A stretch of DNA of 11,912 nt, taken from Candidatus Iainarchaeum sp. (GTDB taxonomy: Archaea > Iainarchaeota > Iainarchaeia > Iainarchaeales > UBA10191). Made by a program: the position numbers and the translations under genes. Shown piece after piece: positions 7,754 through 11,912 of the stretch. The stretch covers positions 1 through 11,912 of the forward strand of contig JAUSFL010000031.1 of assembly GCA_030649735.1 (NCBI GenBank). Direction: 5' to 3'. Every line of letters begins with the position of its first letter. The first letter of the stretch is position 1. The notes beneath the pieces were generated by a model. The model saw nothing but the letters and a program-made list of their open reading frames with translations. It had not been told where the DNA came from and searched no databases.

Positions 7754-8668
7754 ATGCAGGGAATTAAAATTGTTTTTTTGGGAACTAGCGGGGCAACGCC
7801 TTCAAAAGAGCGCAATCTTTCAAGCACTTGCATTAACTTTAACGGACAGAATTTTCTTTTCGACTGCGCTGAAGGCACTCAAAGGCAAATAATGCAAAGC
7901 GGGTTGAGCTTCATGAAAGTCGACTTTATTTTCATTAGCCATTTGCACGGAGACCACATTTTGGGAATTCCAGGGCTTTTGGCTACAATGACAATGCAGG
8001 AAAGGCAGAAAGAATTGCTCATTGCAGGACCTAGAGGAATTGCCGCAAAAGTAAAAAGCGCAATTTGGCTTTCAGGCTTTTGCCCGACTTTTCCATTAAA
8101 AGTTGTTGAAATTTCTGGAAAGAAAGTATTGTTGAAGGAAAGCAAATTCAAAATCACTGCATTTCCATTAAGGCATGACGCGCCTTGCTTTGGCTTTGTG
8201 TTTGAGGAATTAAAGCCTGAAGGAAAATTCCTGCGCGAAAAGGCAGTAAAGCTTGGAATTCCAGAAGGTCCTTTGTGGAGAGACTTGCAACTAGGCAAAA
8301 GCGTGAAATTCGAAAAAAAGACTTTCAAGCCGGCGCAGGTTTTGGACTATGCGAAAGGGAAAAAAGGAAAAAAAATTGCAGTCATAATGGACACTTTGCC
8401 AAAATATTCGCTTGCTGAAATCAACGAGTGCGACTTGATAGTGCATGAAGCCTGCTTTTCCTCAAAGTTTGAGGACCGCGCCAAGCAAACCAGGCATTCT
8501 ACAGCAGCGCAGGCCGCAGGAATTGCTAAAAAAACAAAAAGCAAGCGATTGGTCATAACGCACATCAGCACGCGCCACCAGAAAGACATTGAAGAATTGG
8601 AAAAAGAGGCAAAAGAAATTTTTCCAAACTCTGAAGTTGCGAAAGACTTGGAAGAAATTGTGATTTGA
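7754..8668 (+). CDS. rnz: Ribonuclease Z (tRNA 3' endonuclease, short form), 304 aa
   Basis: FLGTSGATPSKERN, LFDCAEGTQRQ, metallo-beta-lactamase motif SHLHGDH, GP-type flexible arm (LGIPEGPLWRDLQ), DT, HEACF, HST and THISTRH motifs. Confidence 0.97.
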   Translation: MQGIKIVFLGTSGATPSKERNLSSTCINFNGQNFLFDCAEGTQRQIMQSGLSFMKVDFIFISHLHGDHILGIPGLLATMTMQERQKELLIAGPRGIAAKVKSAIWLSGFCPTFPLKVVEISGKKVLLKESKFKITAFPLRHDAPCFGFVFEELKPEGKFLREKAVKLGIPEGPLWRDLQLGKSVKFEKKTFKPAQVLDYAKGKKGKKIAVIMDTLPKYSLAEINECDLIVHEACFSSKFEDRAKQTRHSTAAQAAGIAKKTKSKRLVITHISTRHQKDIEELEKEAKEIFPNSEVAKDLEEIVI

Positions 8669-8670
8669 GA

Positions 8671-8685
8671 ATAAACAGTTAAATA
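8671..8685 (+). promoter_or_regulatory. Candidate BRE/TATA element for a leaderless transcript of the 8708 gene
   Basis: ATAAACAG followed by TTAAATA (8679-8685), which begins 29 nt before the ATG. No SD motif. Confidence 0.45.
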
Positions 8686-8707
8686 ATACTTTTAATTTGA
8701 TTAATTA

Positions 8708-10486
8708 ATGAAAAAGATTTTTGCCCTGGCGCTAATTCTTTTATTTCCTGCCTTTGCTTTTGCATTTTCTGCAAATTGCCCGGACACTAAAAAAGACGTA
8801 AAAATAGACGTTTTGGACTTGGTCAAAATTGCAAAAGCAATAAACCAGCAAAGCGTTTTTTTTGACTTGACAGATGATGAAAGAATTGACATTCAAGACC
8901 TGCAGGCAACAGCAAACAAAATTGGAACAAACTGCCAGGAAAACCAAATTGTGGTAAAAGCAAACTCTAACTACAGGAATTCAAGCGGTTATGCAATAAT
9001 GCCGCAAACTCTGCCTTCAGGAGCAATTGTTGTTGAAAAAAACCTTTTTTCACAAAAACTTACAGCGAAAGACATTCAGAATGCAAGCCTTTTCGTGTTT
9101 GGAGACATTCACATAAAACAAATAAACACAGCCACAGCAAGCAAAGCCAGAACATTGGATGCTTCAGAAATCAACCTTTTAAGAAGTGCTTTAGAGAATG
9201 GAATGAACTTAATCTTTACAGCAGGCAGTGGAGTGACTGAAAACTACAATGACTCAAGCTTTGGAACAAGGGACATATTGAACAGGCTCACTGACAAAAT
9301 ACAATACACTCAGGCAGTGAACTTTGTTGCGGACGGTTTTGAAATCCCAAACTATTCCCAGTTTCCATTCATGCAAAATGTAGTTTTCGACTTTAATGGA
9401 ATGTATAATGCTCCCGGAACAATGAATGTCTCAAGCCCAGCAAGTTGCGTTATGAATTATGCTGGAAAATGCATGGCTGCGTTTTTGCCAAAGACAGGCA
9501 ACAGCGGCTTTATTTTCGTTGACGGCGGTTCAGGCAATGCGAATCCAGAATTATACTTTGATAATCTGATACGAATGTCTTACAATCAGCAATTACGGGA
9601 GAGTTCGCAAAAAATTTACGCGGCAGTTGATAATGCTCCGCGATGGAGCAATGACTTTTCAAACAGAATTGACATTAAAGGCCTTGCTGATGATTTGGAA
9701 AGCCTGAAATTCAATAATTACCAAATGATAATAACTCACAATGAAAAAGACTGGGAAGACTTGAAGCTGTTGGTTGAAGAATTGGACCAGAGAAATTCAA
9801 GAGTTACGGTAACTGCCAATTTGCCCGGGTTTAATCAAAACCCAAAGAGGGCAAGCGGCATTTGGCGCTGGGCAGAGCCCTACAAAGACGATTACAAAAC
9901 ATGGTTTGTTGAAATTGCAACTTATTCATTGCAGCACCCCAGATTGACAGGAATAGTCATTGATGATTTTACCGCGAAAAGAAATCAATGGCCTGCAAGC
10001 AGTCCAGATCGTAAAGGGTTTACTCCAGCAATAATTCAAGACATGGTTTCTGCAGGAAAGGCAATAAACCCCAACCTGAAATTCTATCCAGTAGCTTATT
10101 GCAACCCGCATTTTGACGTTTTAATGAATTCTTTCATCAGAAACCAGCCTTCGGCAGAATACATTGACGGCTTGACTCTTTACGCGTCAATGGATTTGCT
10201 AGACAATCCAGCCACAGTGAAAAATTGCTTTTTGGGTAATGAAAAAGAGCTTTCCAGAATGGGAAAAAACGTCATCTATGGAATTTACATTGTAGGAAAC
10301 AGCGCATACCAAATGAGCATTAACACTGCAAAAGCAAATATTGACCGCGGCTTTAGCTATCCTGGCCTTGGAGCCACATTCTACACATATCCTCCAACCG
10401 CAAGCTATCCTGGAATTTGGCCTCCAGTTGAAGTAAGCCAAATTCCTGAGTTAAGGAATTATTTGAGCGGAAAACTGGCCAATTGA
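8708..10486 (+). CDS. Secreted protein: N-terminal dockerin-like module, GATase-like/DUF4350-like alpha-beta domain, putative glycoside-hydrolase TIM barrel (592 aa)
   Basis: Signal peptide MKKIFALALILLFPAFAFA and dockerin-like module (aa 24-76). The middle domain has LTAKDIQNASLFVFG...LDASEINLLRSALENGMNLIF, a class-I GATase-like-fold pattern. The C-terminal domain has LTGIVIDDF (D419-D420), GKAINPNLKFYP and YIDGL, typical of (beta/alpha)8 glycosidase-like folds. The CDS is certain; the function is tentative. Confidence 0.6.
   Translation: MKKIFALALILLFPAFAFAFSANCPDTKKDVKIDVLDLVKIAKAINQQSVFFDLTDDERIDIQDLQATANKIGTNCQENQIVVKANSNYRNSSGYAIMPQTLPSGAIVVEKNLFSQKLTAKDIQNASLFVFGDIHIKQINTATASKARTLDASEINLLRSALENGMNLIFTAGSGVTENYNDSSFGTRDILNRLTDKIQYTQAVNFVADGFEIPNYSQFPFMQNVVFDFNGMYNAPGTMNVSSPASCVMNYAGKCMAAFLPKTGNSGFIFVDGGSGNANPELYFDNLIRMSYNQQLRESSQKIYAAVDNAPRWSNDFSNRIDIKGLADDLESLKFNNYQMIITHNEKDWEDLKLLVEELDQRNSRVTVTANLPGFNQNPKRASGIWRWAEPYKDDYKTWFVEIATYSLQHPRLTGIVIDDFTAKRNQWPASSPDRKGFTPAIIQDMVSAGKAINPNLKFYPVAYCNPHFDVLMNSFIRNQPSAEYIDGLTLYASMDLLDNPATVKNCFLGNEKELSRMGKNVIYGIYIVGNSAYQMSINTAKANIDRGFSYPGLGATFYTYPPTASYPGIWPPVEVSQIPELRNYLSGKLAN
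8777..8935 (+). repeat. Dockerin-like module, copy 2 (53 codons, Cys to Cys)
   Basis: CPDTKKDVKIDVLDLVKIAKAINQQSVFFDLTDDERIDIQDLQATANKIGTNC is a direct, gap-free paralogue of 5517-5675. Confidence 0.9.
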
Positions 10487-10494
10487 AAAAGACC

Positions 10495-10526
10495 TTCAAG
10501 AAATAATTATTTGAATTTTTCTTGAA
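10495..10526. repeat. Intergenic inverted repeat (9-bp arms) with nested 12-bp palindrome; possible terminator or operator
   Basis: TTCAAGAAA (10495-10503) pairs with TTTCTTGAA (10518-10526). AAATAATTATTT (10501-10512) is a perfect palindrome. It starts 9 nt after the stop of the 8708 gene. Confidence 0.5.
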
Positions 10527-10534
10527 AAAGCGGG

Positions 10535-10546
10535 GAAAGTTATTAA
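10535..10546 (+). promoter_or_regulatory. Candidate BRE/TATA element for the 10570 gene
   Basis: GAAAG followed by TTATTAA (10540-10546), which begins 30 nt before the ATG at 10570. Confidence 0.4.
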
Positions 10547-10569
10547 TTCTAGAAATTTTTATTTCATGC

Positions 10570-11912
10570 ATGAACTCTTTTGCAAAAAGCCTGGCTTTGA
10601 CAGGAATTTTATTTCTTGCATTTCCCGCACTGGCTAGCGCTGCTTGCGGAAGCCTTGCCAGCGGCCAATACTACCTTGTGAAAGCGCCTGCTTTAACAAG
10701 CCCTGACGCAAACTACACAGTCTTTTTGAAAAATGATGCATATGTCCACGAACAATTCATCTACTCAATCCAAGGAATTGCAAACAGGCAGGGGCCTTGC
10801 TTTTACGTTGAAATGAACAACGCATGGCCTGAAGGAAAAGATTACACTTTCACTTGGGAAAAAGTCCTTGCAAGCGATCCTGACATAAGGGCAGTTTCTG
10901 GAACAAACTTCCAGCCAATTACAGTTCCAAAGCAAGATATTTTCATTGCAGCTAATGATTTGGGAGTTGCGAAATACTTTTTCTGGAATGTAAGGAGCGA
11001 AGTCTCAACGCATAATTGGGACTGGATTGACATCAGGAAAAGCCCCGCAAGAATGGCGGCCTCATCTTATGCAGGCGCAACAAGCGCCATAGCAATTCCT
11101 TACAGGAAAGGCGCGTCAAACGCTCTTGCAATTTCAGTCCAAAATCATTCCACAATGCAGGATTTCCAAACAATCGAGGAATTGAAAACATACCTTGACG
11201 GCCTTGGCTTCTCCCAAGTGCAGGATGAATGGAATGCCTTTGAAAATGAAATCGCAAACTATTCCACCGCACATAATGAACTTGAACTAAGAGACCATGA
11301 GTACAGGTGGCTTGTCCAAAACTGGCTGAACAATCCCTCATTTGGCTTGAGCAAGAATTATTTTTGCGCATTAGGAATCGGCGCCGATGACCAATGCGTT
11401 GAAAAAAAGGCTTTTGCATTTTTCCTATCATATTGGCCAAACCAAGCCTGCAATTCAGAAAGCACGCCGTATGCAAGCCAGTGCAGGATAGCCTATGCGC
11501 TTTCAAACTCAACAAACTTTTATGACAAAGAAAAAGACCATGCAATGGCTGAGTTCATTCTCTCGCAATCAACAGGCAATGCGACTGTTCTTGGCTGGAG
11601 CAATTCAGAGCCTTGGTTTGCTTTCACTAACGCAAAATTCGGCCACGTGACTTCGCAAACTGGCGGACGCAATTTCAGCTTTATCTCAAAAATCCCGGTA
11701 AATTCTCAATACTTGAGAGCTCCCCAACCAAGGACAGAATTCCAGTATGACGAAAGCAAGTATTATTCGGGAATAATGATTAGCGATTCGTCATATGTTA
11801 ATGGCGCAGGGTCAATGTTTTATGACTCTTTCACTGTCAATGCTTCGGGAGTAGGGAGCTTTACAACGCAGACAAAACTCAATTGGGGAATTGACTCCGC
11901 GTTTTATGACCG
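10570..11912 (+). CDS. Secreted GxGYxYP-family-like putative glycoside hydrolase, 3'-truncated (>447 aa); absent from the supplied ORF track
   Basis: Hand translation from ATG 10570 shows no stop before the window end: MNSFAKSLALTGILFLAFPALASA (signal peptide)...FIYSIQGIANRQGPCFYV...EYRWLVQNW...ATVLGWSNSEPW...KFGH...RNFSFISK...DESKYYSGIMISDSS...KLNWGID. The SxQGxxNR, YxW, VxGW..E, NxSxxS and KxY...SD motifs occur in the order known for GxGYxYP proteins. The eponymous motif would lie beyond the window. Confidence 0.72.
   Translation, partial: MNSFAKSLALTGILFLAFPALASAACGSLASGQYYLVKAPALTSPDANYTVFLKNDAYVHEQFIYSIQGIANRQGPCFYVEMNNAWPEGKDYTFTWEKVLASDPDIRAVSGTNFQPITVPKQDIFIAANDLGVAKYFFWNVRSEVSTHNWDWIDIRKSPARMAASSYAGATSAIAIPYRKGASNALAISVQNHSTMQDFQTIEELKTYLDGLGFSQVQDEWNAFENEIANYSTAHNELELRDHEYRWLVQNWLNNPSFGLSKNYFCALGIGADDQCVEKKAFAFFLSYWPNQACNSESTPYASQCRIAYALSNSTNFYDKEKDHAMAEFILSQSTGNATVLGWSNSEPWFAFTNAKFGHVTSQTGGRNFSFISKIPVNSQYLRAPQPRTEFQYDESKYYSGIMISDSSYVNGAGSMFYDSFTVNASGVGSFTTQTKLNWGIDSAFYD

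Noticed and set aside
5517-8935. The two 159-nt repeats as a diversity-generating retroelement TR/VR pair
   Set aside because: Identity is only about 65%, many mismatches involve no adenine in either copy (e.g. CCT/CCG, GTG/GTC, GCC/TTT), both copies are coding, and no reverse transcriptase is in the window.
5517-8935. Repeats as ends of a mobile element carrying lonB-rnz
   Set aside because: There is no transposase or integrase, the repeats are diverged protein-domain paralogues, and the enclosed genes are core housekeeping genes.
10570-10647. Lipoprotein signal (Cys after the signal peptide) in the 10570 and 8708 proteins
   Set aside because: ASAAC and FSANC do not fit the L-[AS]-[GA]-C lipobox well. 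AxA signal peptidase I sites precede them, and the Cys in 8708 is part of the shared module, which has the same Cys in its C-terminal copy.
11033-11545. 170-aa minus-strand ORF (and 10842-11033)
   Set aside because: These are antisense shadows of the long + strand gene starting at 10570, which has a signal peptide and family motifs. The shadow translations have no recognisable features.
1-11912. tRNA, rRNA or CRISPR array
   Set aside because: Intergenic gaps are all under about 95 nt and AT-rich, with no cloverleaf or regularly spaced repeats seen.

Overview
Gene-dense archaeal window with nine protein genes, two of them cut by the window edges. Archaeal origin is supported by a membrane-anchored LonB, a DUF373 protein and BRE/TATA-like boxes. 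A small-genome DPANN-type archaeon is plausible but is only an inference. The housekeeping or generic genes are a 5'-truncated CYTH-domain gene, a minimal nucleotidyltransferase, an SPFH/band-7 membrane protein, DUF373 with a PRC-barrel-like tail, lonB and rnz (RNase Z). Interleaved with them are three large secreted, Cys-containing, glycoside-hydrolase-like proteins: 3228-5684, 8708-10486, and 10570->11912, the last missing from the supplied ORF track. The most striking signal is a gap-free, Cys-bracketed 53-aa dockerin-like module (two EF-hand-like loops), 29/53 identical, at the extreme C-terminus of the first secreted protein and right after the signal peptide of the second. It points to a possible cohesin-dockerin-type docking system for extracellular glycan-active enzymes. 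No RNA genes, CRISPR arrays or mobile elements were recognised. All family calls are by-eye motif recognition, not database searches.
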